From: an uncultured Clostridium sp.
Lineage (GTDB): Bacteria; Bacillota; Clostridia; TANB77; CAG-508
Direction: 5' to 3'
Length of the DNA: 64,000 nucleotides
Assembly: GCA_948470605.1 (NCBI GenBank)
Contig: CAOKPI010000002.1
Span: 19,015 to 83,014, forward strand
Both the position numbers and the translations under genes were made by a program. Below, one piece after another: positions 38,992 to 48,312 of this stretch; position 1 is the stretch's first letter; each line of letters starts with the position of its first letter. The notes below the pieces were generated by a model. The model was not told where the DNA came from. It worked only from the letters and a program-made list of their open reading frames with translations, and made no database searches.

Positions 38992-39561
38992 GTGAAAATA
39001 ATTGGCATAACAGGGAAATCTGGTAGTGGAAAGTCTACTTTGACAGATTTACTGTCAAAAGAAATGCAATGTAACAGTGTTAATATTGACAAAATAGGAC
39101 ATAAAGCAACAAATAATCAAGAGATTGCCCAAAAATTGTGTGCTATTTTTGGCAATGAGATATTAGGGGAAGATGGCAATATTGATAGAAAAAAGTTAGG
39201 AAATATTGTTTTTTCGAGTAAAGAAAAGATGGCTATTTTGACGGATATGACTTGGGATTATATGCAAGTAATGATGGATGATATATTAGAAAAAGAGACA
39301 GGAGATGTGATTATCTTAGAATGGGCTTTATTGCCAATCAGTAAATATTGGGAAAAATGTGATATCAAAATATTAATGCAATCAAATGATGATGAAAGAA
39401 AGAACAAAGTAATGCAAAGAGACCATATATCAGAAGAGTATTTTCTGAAACGAGAGGAAGGTTGCATTGATTATGCACCATATGATTTTGATTTGATTTT
39501 TGAAAATGATTATCAGTTACAAACGATGGAGAAAAAAGTTGAAATAGTAATGAAAAAATAG
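38992..39561 (+). CDS. coaE: dephospho-CoA kinase
   Basis: The P-loop is IGITGKSGSGKST. Other CoaE-like segments are GNEILGEDGNIDRKKLGNIVF. The start is GTG. Confidence 0.75.
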   Translation: MKIIGITGKSGSGKSTLTDLLSKEMQCNSVNIDKIGHKATNNQEIAQKLCAIFGNEILGEDGNIDRKKLGNIVFSSKEKMAILTDMTWDYMQVMMDDILEKETGDVIILEWALLPISKYWEKCDIKILMQSNDDERKNKVMQRDHISEEYFLKREEGCIDYAPYDFDLIFENDYQLQTMEKKVEIVMKK

Positions 39562-39691
39562 ATAAGAAGAAATAATATTTTCTGTGCGATTCATTAACTA
39601 CAGAAATCATACAGAATAGTAAAAAGAAAGATAAAAAAGAATAGTAAAAAAGCTTTTGGTTAGAATAAATTTATCAAGGGAGGATAAAAAG

Positions 39692-40690
39692 ATGTTCAAA
39701 CCAAAAGCTATTTATTTTGAAAAAGAAATCATAAACTATCCATTAGGAAAAGAATTAATGGAAAAATATCAAGACATCCCAAAAGTGGAAATTGAGAACC
39801 ATAACAATATTGAGGAAATGAGAAAAAATTCAAACAAAGAATTTGCTAATATGAAAAAAAATCTAATTATAGGAGTTAGAAAAACACATAAATTTGTAGA
39901 AAATCATAAAACATCAGATTACTTAGTACCCTATACTTCATCAGGTTGTACAGCAGCATGTATGTATTGCTATTTGGTGTGTAATTACAACAAATGTGCT
40001 TATTTGCGTTTGTTTGTGAATCGAGAACAAATGCTAGAAAAAATCATCAAAACCTCTGAAAAGGCAGAAAAAGAGTTGACTTTCGAAATTGGAAGTAATA
40101 GTGATTTGATTTTAGAAAATACGATTACGAATAATTTAGTTTGGACGATTGAAAATTTTCAAAATGCCAAACAAGGAAAATTAACCTTTCCAACTAAATT
40201 TGATATGGTAGATTCCATTTTACCACTCAATCATCAAGGAAAAGTTACTATTAGAATGAGTGTAAATCCAGAGGAAATCATTAACAAAGTAGAGTTTGGA
40301 ACTTCTCGATTAAAGGGGAGAATAGAGGCAATTAATAAGCTAAAAGAAGCGGGGTATCCCATTGGGATTTTGATTGCTCCTGTTATTTTGGTAGAAAATT
40401 GGAGAGAATTATATTTACAGTTAATTCAAACCTTATATGAAGAATTGTCTGAGAAAGTAAAAAAAGATGCGTTTTTTGAAATTATTTTTATGACTTATAG
40501 TTATGTGCATACGAAAATAAATGAGGAGGCTTTTCCAAATGCTATTAATTTGTATGATAAGCAAATGATGACAGGTCGAGGGCGTGGTAAGTATTGGTAT
40601 AAGAACGATATACGAAGCAATGCAGAATTGTTTTTGCGAGAACAAATGAAAAAGTATTTTCCTAATAATAAGATTGAATATATTGTTTAA
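39692..40690 (+). CDS. splB: spore photoproduct lyase (radical SAM)
   Basis: It has the motif VPYTSSGCTAACMYCYL (CxxxCxxC) and the SplB-specific cysteines. A GGGAGG RBS is present. Confidence 0.85.
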   Translation: MFKPKAIYFEKEIINYPLGKELMEKYQDIPKVEIENHNNIEEMRKNSNKEFANMKKNLIIGVRKTHKFVENHKTSDYLVPYTSSGCTAACMYCYLVCNYNKCAYLRLFVNREQMLEKIIKTSEKAEKELTFEIGSNSDLILENTITNNLVWTIENFQNAKQGKLTFPTKFDMVDSILPLNHQGKVTIRMSVNPEEIINKVEFGTSRLKGRIEAINKLKEAGYPIGILIAPVILVENWRELYLQLIQTLYEELSEKVKKDAFFEIIFMTYSYVHTKINEEAFPNAINLYDKQMMTGRGRGKYWYKNDIRSNAELFLREQMKKYFPNNKIEYIV

Positions 40691-40718
40691 TGATTTTGAA
40701 CATGATTTTGGAGATGAG

Positions 40719-40759
40719 TAGCTGTTTGAAGCAAAGCTGAGTTACAGATAACTTATGCA
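40719..40759 (+). repeat. second copy of the TAGCTGTTYGAA..GAGTTACAGATAACTTATGCA motif
   Basis: A 22-nt core is identical to that at 6717-6738. It lies 30 nt after the splB stop. Confidence 0.5.
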
Positions 40760-40961
40760 GAGGCTCGGAGAAAAAAATCATGATAGAGATAGAGTTAAAT
40801 GTAAAAATTTTTGCATTTTTTAAATTACTAATTTATAAATTTCATGAATTAGTAATCCTCGATAATTAAGAATCACATATAATTTATGTGATTTTTATTA
40901 TAGGATAAGAATGTTCTAGAATTTCCTATCATAAAAATTTTGGTGATTTTTTAGGAATCGG

Positions 40962-41089
40962 TTGACAAATCTGATTTTTTATAATATAATACTTTCGCTT
41001 ATGAATAAATCTTAAACTTCTCCCCGGTAGTTTTAGAATGAATTCATAAAAACAAAAACCAAAAAAGAAATAGGAGGGTAAGTATTACC
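40962..41089 (+). promoter_or_regulatory. rplM promoter (TTGACA-17-TATAAT) plus a ~95-nt 5' leader, a candidate r-protein L13 autoregulatory leader
   Basis: The hexamers are consensus. The leader is long and untranslated before a GGAGGG RBS. The L13-leader assignment rests on position only. Confidence 0.4.
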
Positions 41090-41527
41090 ATGAATAATAC
41101 TACATATAGTGCAAAACGTGGCGAAATTGAAAGTAAGTGGTATATTATCGATGCAACAAATAAACCACTTGGTAGAGTAGCAACAGAAGCTGCAAAATTA
41201 TTAAGAGGAAAACACAAACCAACATATACACCTAATATTGATACAGGTGACCATGTTATTATATTAAATTGTAAGGATGTTATTTTAACAGGAAACAAAT
41301 TAAATCAAAAAATTTATAGACATCACTCAGGTTATATTGGAGGAATGAAAGAAGTTCCTGCCAAAGTAATGCTTGAAAAAAATCCAGAAAAAGCAATGAC
41401 TTTAGCTGTTAAAGGAATGTTACCTCATAACTCTTTAGGAAGAGCACAGGCTAAAAAATTAAGAGTGTATGCTGGAGCAGAACATGAAAATCAAGCACAA
41501 AAACCAGAAGTATGGGAGGTAAAGTAA
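41090..41527 (+). CDS. rplM: 50S ribosomal protein L13
   Basis: It contains [29 protein letters not shown] and follows the L13 signature. Confidence 0.95.
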   Translation: MNNTTYSAKRGEIESKWYIIDATNKPLGRVATEAAKLLRGKHKPTYTPNIDTGDHVIILNCKDVILTGNKLNQKIYRHHSGYIGGMKEVPAKVMLEKNPEKAMTLAVKGMLPHNSLGRAQAKKLRVYAGAEHENQAQKPEVWEVK

Positions 41528-41528
41528 A

Positions 41529-41930
41529 ATGGCTAAAAAAGAAAATATAGTTTTCTATGGTACAGGTAGAAGAAAAAGTTCTATTGCTAGAGTAAGGCTA
41601 GTTGAAGGAACTGGAAAGATAACAATTAATGGAAAAGATATTGACGAATTTTTCGGATTAGAAACTTTAAAAGTTATCGTTAGACAACCATTAACTGTTA
41701 CAAATACAACTGCAAAATATGATGTGATTGCAACTGTTAAAGGTGGCGGATTTACAGGTCAAGCAGGAGCGATTCGTCATGGTATAGCTAGAGCTTTAAA
41801 TGAAGCTAATTCAGAATATAGACCAGCTTTAAAATCAAATGGATTCTTAACAAGAGATTCTCGTATGAAAGAAAGAAAGAAATATGGTCTTAAAAAAGCT
41901 CGTAAAGCTCCACAATTTTCAAAAAGATAG
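41529..41930 (+). CDS. rpsI: 30S ribosomal protein S9
   Basis: It contains [19 protein letters not shown] and the C-terminal tail [17 protein letters not shown]. Confidence 0.95.
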   Translation: MAKKENIVFYGTGRRKSSIARVRLVEGTGKITINGKDIDEFFGLETLKVIVRQPLTVTNTTAKYDVIATVKGGGFTGQAGAIRHGIARALNEANSEYRPALKSNGFLTRDSRMKERKKYGLKKARKAPQFSKR

Positions 41931-41935
41931 AATTT

Positions 41936-41977
41936 ATAAAAAACCTCAGAAGTTCAAAATTTCCGAGGTTTTTTATT
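41936..41977 (+). terminator. rho-independent terminator after rpsI
   Basis: The stem is cctcagaa..ttccgagg, followed by TTTTTT. Confidence 0.65.
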
Positions 41978-41989
41978 AGTGTTATATAG

Positions 41990-42542
41990 TTATATTTTAT
42001 TAATTGCAAAACATTTCTTTCCTAAATCTTTTATAGAAGCTCCTAAATGGTACATTTCTTTATTATCAATAATCATAAATCTATCATGAAATTTATCCGT
42101 TTTAGCAACCTTTAATGTTGAATATTCTTTATTGAATTTTTTAATATCTATATTTTGTATATTATTTTTTTCTGATGTTAATATTGAAACTGCTACATTT
42201 TTATTTTTCTTTACTAACATTTTTAAAATGCTATCATCAATATAATTATTTATAATTAAAATTTTCTTTTTTGCTTTTTTGATAATATCAACTATTAAAC
42301 TATAAGCAGCATATATTTGTCCTTGAAAAAATACTTTTTGTTTTATATTTTCTTCTTGTTGTAATTGATTAAATATCTCATCGAATTTTTTTATCATGTT
42401 CTAATATCTTATATTCCATATTAGTAAGTCTTTCAAACATTTGCCTATTAGAAGATATGAATTTTCTCATTTCTATAAAAGTATTTACAATTCTTATACT
42501 AGCATTAACTGCAATTTCGCTTTTTAACAATCCTGCTAGCAT
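41990..42542 (-). pseudogene. N-terminally truncated and frameshifted remnant of an ORF6N-domain (phage Rha/KilA-N-related) family gene
   Basis: The upstream frame (MLAGLLKSEIAVNASIRIVNTFIEMRKF..ILEHDKKIR*) and the 135-aa ORF (MIKKFDEIFNQL..HDRFMIIDN..GASIKDLGKKCFA) join across an A7 run at 42386-42392. Similarity to the C-terminal two-thirds of ORF6N-family proteins is from memory. The N-terminal DNA-binding domain is absent. Confidence 0.45.
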
Positions 42543-42720
42543 CGTTATTCCATATTAGTAAAAACATATTTTTTTATTTTATTTTCCATAATTTTCACAT
42601 CCTTGTTTTAAACTATATACAGCATAAAATATTTGTTTGCAATTGTCAATTCTTTTATTTAATTTTTTACAATTAAAAATATAAAGATAAAGAGTTAAGC
42701 ATCTCTTCTATAACAAAAAA

Positions 42721-42760
42721 AGCGAATACCTACTTTAGAAATTTCTTGTAGGTGCTCGCT
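42721..42760. terminator. bidirectional terminator
   Basis: The stem is agcgaatacctac..gtaggtgctcgct, flanked by A7 and a T run. Confidence 0.6.
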
Positions 42761-42796
42761 TTTCTTACTTTGGGTTAAACATGATTTTCGCTCGTA

Positions 42797-43285
42797 TCAG
42801 ATGATGTCTGAGATTAATTTCGACAACACGTCTGCCATTATATTTGCCCTTTCGTTTTTGTCGATTTTCATACGAGTCATTAGTCCTTCGCAATTTATTT
42901 CTAACTGTTTCCTTTCCGCATCAGTAAAGGGCGAAACAAAATGAAGCTCAATACGTTTACATCCCCAGACAGTAACAATGTGGATGTCTATTTCCCCGTA
43001 TTTTTCCACATATATAGTTATGGAACTATAGTCTGCAGGATAGTACTTCCTTTCATCTCTTATGTTGGCATTTTGCCAACGATAAAGTTGCACACATGGT
43101 GCTGGTTGCTCTAACTTTGCATATCCCTGATACTTTGTCTCTTGCATATTCTCAAAAATTTCACTCAATTTCCGTGATAACTTTTTGAGTTCTTTAGCAG
43201 ACATATGTACCTGTGCCTCAGGAAACTGCGTTGTAAGTTGCTTGAAGATTTCTTCTAATGTAGGATATTTAATTTGTGTGTTCAT
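42797..43285 (-). CDS. hypothetical protein (162 aa) with GC-richer codon usage and an in-frame CGG
   Basis: A GGAGG RBS is present. No recognisable domain was found. Codon usage is atypical. Confidence 0.45.
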   Translation of the reverse strand: MNTQIKYPTLEEIFKQLTTQFPEAQVHMSAKELKKLSRKLSEIFENMQETKYQGYAKLEQPAPCVQLYRWQNANIRDERKYYPADYSSITIYVEKYGEIDIHIVTVWGCKRIELHFVSPFTDAERKQLEINCEGLMTRMKIDKNERANIMADVLSKLISDII

Positions 43286-43424
43286 GTTTTACCTCCTTGC
43301 CTTTACTAGGCTCTGAAAAAATTGTTATAAGCTACCATACATATATTATAAAACATTTTACATAATATTGCAAGTTTTAATGGAAAATGAAAAAACTCCT
43401 AATTTTATAGGAGTTCTCTTTAAA

Positions 43425-43595
43425 TTAATAATTGTTATTTCTTTGTTGTTTTCTAGCTCTTCTGCAATCTGCACATCTTACTGGTTGATTTTCAAAACCT
43501 TTTTCAGCATAAAATTGTTGTTCTCCAGCTGTAAAAGTAAATTCTGAACCACAATCTCTGCAAGTAAGAGAAATATCTTCATAATTTGTTTCCAT
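43425..43595 (-). CDS. small zinc-ribbon protein (CxxC..CxxC, 'probable zinc-ribbon' family)
   Basis: An AAAGGAGG RBS is present. The sequence is METNYEDISLTCRDCGSEFTFTAGEQQFYAEKGFENQPVRCADCRRARK... A terminator follows. Confidence 0.5.
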   Translation of the reverse strand: METNYEDISLTCRDCGSEFTFTAGEQQFYAEKGFENQPVRCADCRRARKQQRNNNY

Positions 43596-43753
43596 TATAT
43601 AAACCTCCTTTTTAGAATGATTTGAATTATTTTTTTACTTAACCAATCTAAAGAGAAGGGAAATAACTTAAAATAAATTCATATGAGTTTCTTTTTTGAA
43701 ACTTAACTAACTATATCATAATAAAGCAAGAAATACAAGCAAAATGTATCATT

Positions 43754-44495
43754 TTATTCAATTATTTCTAAAGCATCACTATTTCCATTGATACCTTCTA
43801 AATTATAATAAGTATTAGGAATATTGCCAACAATTACATTTTCCATTAATAAGACTTGATTGGTAATTTCTCGTGAAATATTATCAAATGGTGTTAAGAT
43901 ATTCACATTACATTTTACTTGTAAATATACTCTATGTAAGGTCTGATTGATTCCTTGTGCTGTAAATTCACTTCTTAAATCTGTTTCAACATCGCCAACA
44001 GAGGTTATTGTTATTTTGACGCCAGGACCTCTTCCTGCCAACATTTTAAAACCAGTAAAACTACCGAATGGCAATCTCTATATGCTCTCTACCTTTGTGA
44101 TCGATTTCTTCTTGAATTTTATTAGCCACGTCAGAAATAATTTCATTTATGGGTATGACATTTGACCTTATCATCGTAATATTGCCATTGTTGTCTTTAT
44201 CAATTGAAAATAGTTCATCATAAGTATGCTGTTTCATTACATTAGTTGCCTGTTCGTTAGATACCATAGTGGCTATTGACTTTGCTCTATTTTCGCATAG
44301 TGTATCAAAAATAGGTAATACAGCATCCAAAATAAGTTTCATGGTAGCAAAAGCTATGACTAAAATAATGAATAGTGTAGACATCTTTTTAGCTTTTTCA
44401 CTTTGCATTTTTTTTCTAGAGTGTACGATAATTTTAGGGATTCTAATTCTTGGTCTAGAATAAATCTTATGCATAAGTAATTCCTGTTTTAACAT
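43754..44495 (-). pseudogene. yunB: sporulation protein YunB with a +1 frameshift at CGG (plus-strand CCG 44064-44066)
   Basis: The N-ORF ends ..GREHIEIAIR* with ATT CGG TAG. The C-ORF resumes PFGSFTGFKMLAGRGPGVKITITSVGDV..GINQT.., which is the YunB family signature. Skipping the C gives ..IAIGSFTG... Confidence 0.7.
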
Positions 44496-46014
44496 AGCGA
44501 GGAATAAATAGTTTTTGCCCTATATCAATTCTGTTTTCGTCCTCAATACCATTGGTTCTTACAATATCATCCACAGTACTGCCATATCTTTTAGCAATTT
44601 GCCATAAGGTATCTCCTTTTTTAACAAGATAAAGAATTAGGCTATAATCTTCGGCTTCTCTTTCACCATTTGTTTGAATTTCATTCATAATATTCATATT
44701 GGTATTTCGATACATATCTGTATGCATCATTAAATCTATGTTGCTAGAAACCATTCCGCCATCTTGAAGGATAAAATCTTGATTAGCAACTTCTACATCT
44801 AATTTGCAATTAATATTTTCAGAATCCTCTACACCATCAAGGGTATATTCAAATGGTATTTTTGAATTTCGTATCTCCATTTGTAGGTCTTGATTGGATA
44901 GCATAAAGTTAATTTCTAATGTACCAGTATATACAATTCGATTGGCTAAATTATCTTGTTTTTCGATAATAGGATTAACATCTACGTCAATTATATTTTT
45001 ATTTTCTATGCCATCTATTTCTACTTTTTCTCTGATTTGCTTCATTTCCTTACGAGTTTGCTTATTGGTTATGGTGGTTATTTTCTTTTTGTTGAACTCA
45101 AGATTTTCGCAAGGACTATATAGGTCTTGAATGAGATTAATTTGTTTTTCTTCATATACAATAGCAACAACTCCCATTTCTAATTCAATATAAATGGAAT
45201 GTTCTTCAGGTGCATTTGGTTTGATAATCATATTTTTGATTTCATAATCTAAATCACAGATATTTTCTTCTGTTACATTTGGTATATCAACAAAACCAAC
45301 AATTGGTATTTTGGTATCAATAGAGTTGACTCTATTATCCTCTGTTAAATACATTATTTTTATTTTTGCTTCTGCTTTGGCTAAAATTTTGTTGTAACTT
45401 ACTTTGACATCTTTGTCGACAATCGCAATATCTGTTTTTAATATCTCGGCTAAGTTGTCAATTGTATCAATAGAAATATTGTCTTTTGTATAAATTTTAT
45501 TTTCGCCCATTCCCACCAAAGAATTAACACGTAAATCCTCTTTTAACATTTGTATGCCTTCTGCATTTTGGATATTGTTTACAATTTCTACCTCTTCTTT
45601 TGCATATATCTTGATGTCTATTTCTAAAGTGGCTTTGATTCCTATTTTTCTTCCATTGATTACTTTACATTCGATGGATTTTAATTTCGTTTGTACGACA
45701 GATTCCATTCCTTCTCCTGCATTGGAAACAGGAATTATCTCTGAAAAGTCTAGACTGGTATTAATTCCTCTAACCTTGTCTTGGGAGTCATCTGCTAAAT
45801 ACATAATATTGGTATTAATATTTCCGTCAATTCTGACTTTTTCATCTAATACGTCTTTTTTATAGATACATACAACCCCACTTGTACAAATTGTGTTTAA
45901 AATATCTGGCTTAGAATCTGGAACTATCATATCTCCTTCTACCATTATGATGTCCTTTTTAGAAGCGATTAATTTATTTACACATAAGTTTTCGTTTACT
46001 GTTTCTAAAACCAT
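44467..46014 (-). CDS. DUF3794/SPOCS-repeat protein with a C-terminal LysM domain (SpoVID-like spore morphogenesis protein)
   Basis: The C-terminal LysM is YLVKKGDTLWQIAKRYGSTVDDIVRTNGI. The N-terminus has repeated beta-rich SPOCS-like modules. Confidence 0.6.
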   Translation of the reverse strand: MVLETVNENLCVNKLIASKKDIIMVEGDMIVPDSKPDILNTICTSGVVCIYKKDVLDEKVRIDGNINTNIMYLADDSQDKVRGINTSLDFSEIIPVSNAGEGMESVVQTKLKSIECKVINGRKIGIKATLEIDIKIYAKEEVEIVNNIQNAEGIQMLKEDLRVNSLVGMGENKIYTKDNISIDTIDNLAEILKTDIAIVDKDVKVSYNKILAKAEAKIKIMYLTEDNRVNSIDTKIPIVGFVDIPNVTEENICDLDYEIKNMIIKPNAPEEHSIYIELEMGVVAIVYEEKQINLIQDLYSPCENLEFNKKKITTITNKQTRKEMKQIREKVEIDGIENKNIIDVDVNPIIEKQDNLANRIVYTGTLEINFMLSNQDLQMEIRNSKIPFEYTLDGVEDSENINCKLDVEVANQDFILQDGGMVSSNIDLMMHTDMYRNTNMNIMNEIQTNGEREAEDYSLILYLVKKGDTLWQIAKRYGSTVDDIVRTNGIEDENRIDIGQKLFIPRYVKTGITYA

Positions 46015-46081
46015 TTGGTTTACCTCCTTTTTTTTTCTTTATAACATGTATATTAGGAGGTAGATAAGTTTATGACAAAAA

Positions 46082-46113
46082 TCTGTGACAACAGGGGCGT
46101 CCCTTTTTGTCAC
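46082..46113. repeat. GTGACAA..GGGGCGTCCC..TTGTCAC hairpin, the same family as the 18653 array hairpins
   Basis: tgtgacaacaggggcgtccctttttgtcacat. Confidence 0.6.
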
Positions 46114-46282
46114 ATTCAAATTATTGATAAAAGGTTATTATAGTAAAAAAAAACAGAGAGAACTCTGTTTTTTATATTGTAGGAAAGTTCTCCTAGTAGG
46201 AGGGCTTTCTGTACAAGATAAATATGGGAATTTATAGAATTTCTTTGCGGTTGCCACCGCTTAGAAATTCTTAAATTCGTTT

Positions 46283-46579
46283 TTATAAAACTGTTTTTTT
46301 TCTTTTGTTTTCCACTGCTGGAGGAATTAATGGGGAATAGGAGTCTCCATCAAAAACCTCAACTTCAACGGTTCTAGTTAATACATCTGTATAACTATAA
46401 GTAACATTTCTATCATTTTCTTCATATTTTACAATGAAAATATTTGGATAGGCTTTTTCTATTGTAGCTTCTTTTTCAAAGGCTTTACTTCTTCCTAAAG
46501 AGCCTTTTACGATTATCTTTTGACCCACTTTATCTAAGATGTCTGTTTTTAGATTTGTTATATCTGTACGACAAATCAT
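46283..46579 (-). CDS. veg: Veg (biofilm formation stimulator, DUF1021)
   Basis: The sequence KIIVKGSLGRSKAFEKEATIEKAYPNIFIVKYEE..VTYSYTDVLTRTVEV matches the B. subtilis Veg family. Confidence 0.8.
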   Translation of the reverse strand: MICRTDITNLKTDILDKVGQKIIVKGSLGRSKAFEKEATIEKAYPNIFIVKYEENDRNVTYSYTDVLTRTVEVEVFDGDSYSPLIPPAVENKRKKTVL

Positions 46580-46772
46580 GTAATCACCTCTCCCTTAAGA
46601 TGGCTTGATTATAGCATTTTCTACCCAAATTGTCAAAAAAGACAAAGTTTTGTCAAATACCTTTATCTAACTGATTTCAAGGGATTTAGCGTTTTTAGAC
46701 TTGTAATTTACAGTTATATTACAATTATATTACAGAAACATTAAGTTGGGTTATATTTATTTATAAATTGAA

Positions 46773-47628
46773 TTAATTTAATTCTTTTATCATCTTTCCA
46801 TTGGCTCCTATTCCACTTACACCTTTCTTTCCATCTCTTAGTTCTTTGGCAATATCATCTATTGTGACATATTTATATTTTTCGGTGAATGCAATTTTTT
46901 CTGCAATTACTAAAGGATCTAGAAAATCAATTAATATTCTGGCAGGGGAAGAGGCAAAATTTGCTCCAGCTGAAATAATGGCTTCAAAATAACTTTGACA
47001 AGCACCGAGCAAAGATAACGAGATGATTGTTAGTTTCTTGGTCAAATTTTCTTGCTTCTTTAACAGTTTGAATAAAATATTTGGAATTTCTATAATTGTA
47101 GATATTGTTATAGTCTCTTCCTTTTTTTATCATGCCATCATGTCCAGTTATAACAAGTATATCAGGATTGTATTTTTGTAATAGACGATAGATGACTCTT
47201 GGTTGTCGATATTCGGGTATGTTTTTTACAATGGCATTTAAGCCTAATTTTTTATAATAATAATAGGATTTTTGACTATATTTTCTATCGCCATCTAAGT
47301 GTAGTATTTTTCCTGTTATGATTTTTTCTTTATTTCTACTATTTTGACTGAGTATTCCGATTTTGTATTCATCTGTATTCCTTTTTTCTTTTGTTTCTGT
47401 TATTTTACTGTTCATTTTAGAATGGAAAGTTTCTATCTTTCTATTTACGGTTTGTTTGTCAACTATTTCTAAATCTTCTATATCACTATCTACTTCAATT
47501 CTGTCAACAAGTCCTTTTAAGATGGCAATTTTTTTGGGGGGTGTATTGATAATATTTTTTACCATAAATAAAATATCTTTTTCATAAGATTTTCTTGCTA
47601 CAATATCTCCTTTTTTAATTTGATTCAT
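46773..47628 (-). pseudogene. yabG: sporulation-specific protease YabG with a +1 frameshift at CGG (plus-strand CCG 47005-47007)
   Basis: The N-ORF ends ..NNHLVIFARCLSKLF* with GCT CGG TGC. The C-ORF contains GACQSYFEAIISAGANFASSPARILIDFLDP. Skipping the C restores the conserved YabG active-site region VIFAGACQSY. yabG-veg adjacency matches B. subtilis. Confidence 0.8.
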
Positions 47629-47743
47629 GTTATCACCTCTTAATATGAGATATTATATTCTATGTCAGATTTTGTCGATTAGTGAATAAAAGATAAACGG
47701 CATATGAAAAAGTTATTTCAATTTAGCGAAATAACTTTATAAT

Positions 47744-48163
47744 TTACTTATCTAATTTTAAAGTAACAAATTTATCATAAAAATCAGGAATTTGTTTTTG
47801 TAGACGAATTGGTCTTAAATTTAAATCTGTAAAGCAATGTTTGGTTTCACCTATTAAAATTAAATTACCAGTATTTTTATTTGTTATATGATAACCCATC
47901 GTCAAACGAACGCCATTAAATTCTTTTACAAAAGGTTGAATTGTTATCAAATCATCAAATGTAACATGTGATTTATAATCACAATTAACACCTAAAACAG
48001 GAATCATAACACCTTGCGCCTCAAAAGCAGAATAAGGCATATTATGGGCAGCTAACATTTCACATCTAGCTTCTTCTAAAAAACGAATATAATTGGAGTG
48101 GTGAACAACTCCCATTCTATCTGTTTCGTAATAATTAATTTTTCTTTCAAAAGTAAAGTTCAT
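47744..48163 (-). CDS. acyl-CoA thioesterase (hotdog fold, YbgC/4HBT family)
   Basis: The sequence YYETDRMGVVHHSNYIRFLEEAR is the typical 4HBT N-terminus. Confidence 0.7.
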   Translation of the reverse strand: MNFTFERKINYYETDRMGVVHHSNYIRFLEEARCEMLAAHNMPYSAFEAQGVMIPVLGVNCDYKSHVTFDDLITIQPFVKEFNGVRLTMGYHITNKNTGNLILIGETKHCFTDLNLRPIRLQKQIPDFYDKFVTLKLDK

Positions 48164-48312
48164 AGTAATTAAATCCTTTCAATTTTTATTCATTTTTACT
48201 ATATTGTAGTATATCATAAAAAAGATTTCGTGTAAAACTGAAACTTAAATCTGAAAAATAATAGATATTTAATTAGAAACGTGATATAATCGAGAAAAGA
48301 GAGGAGAAAATC

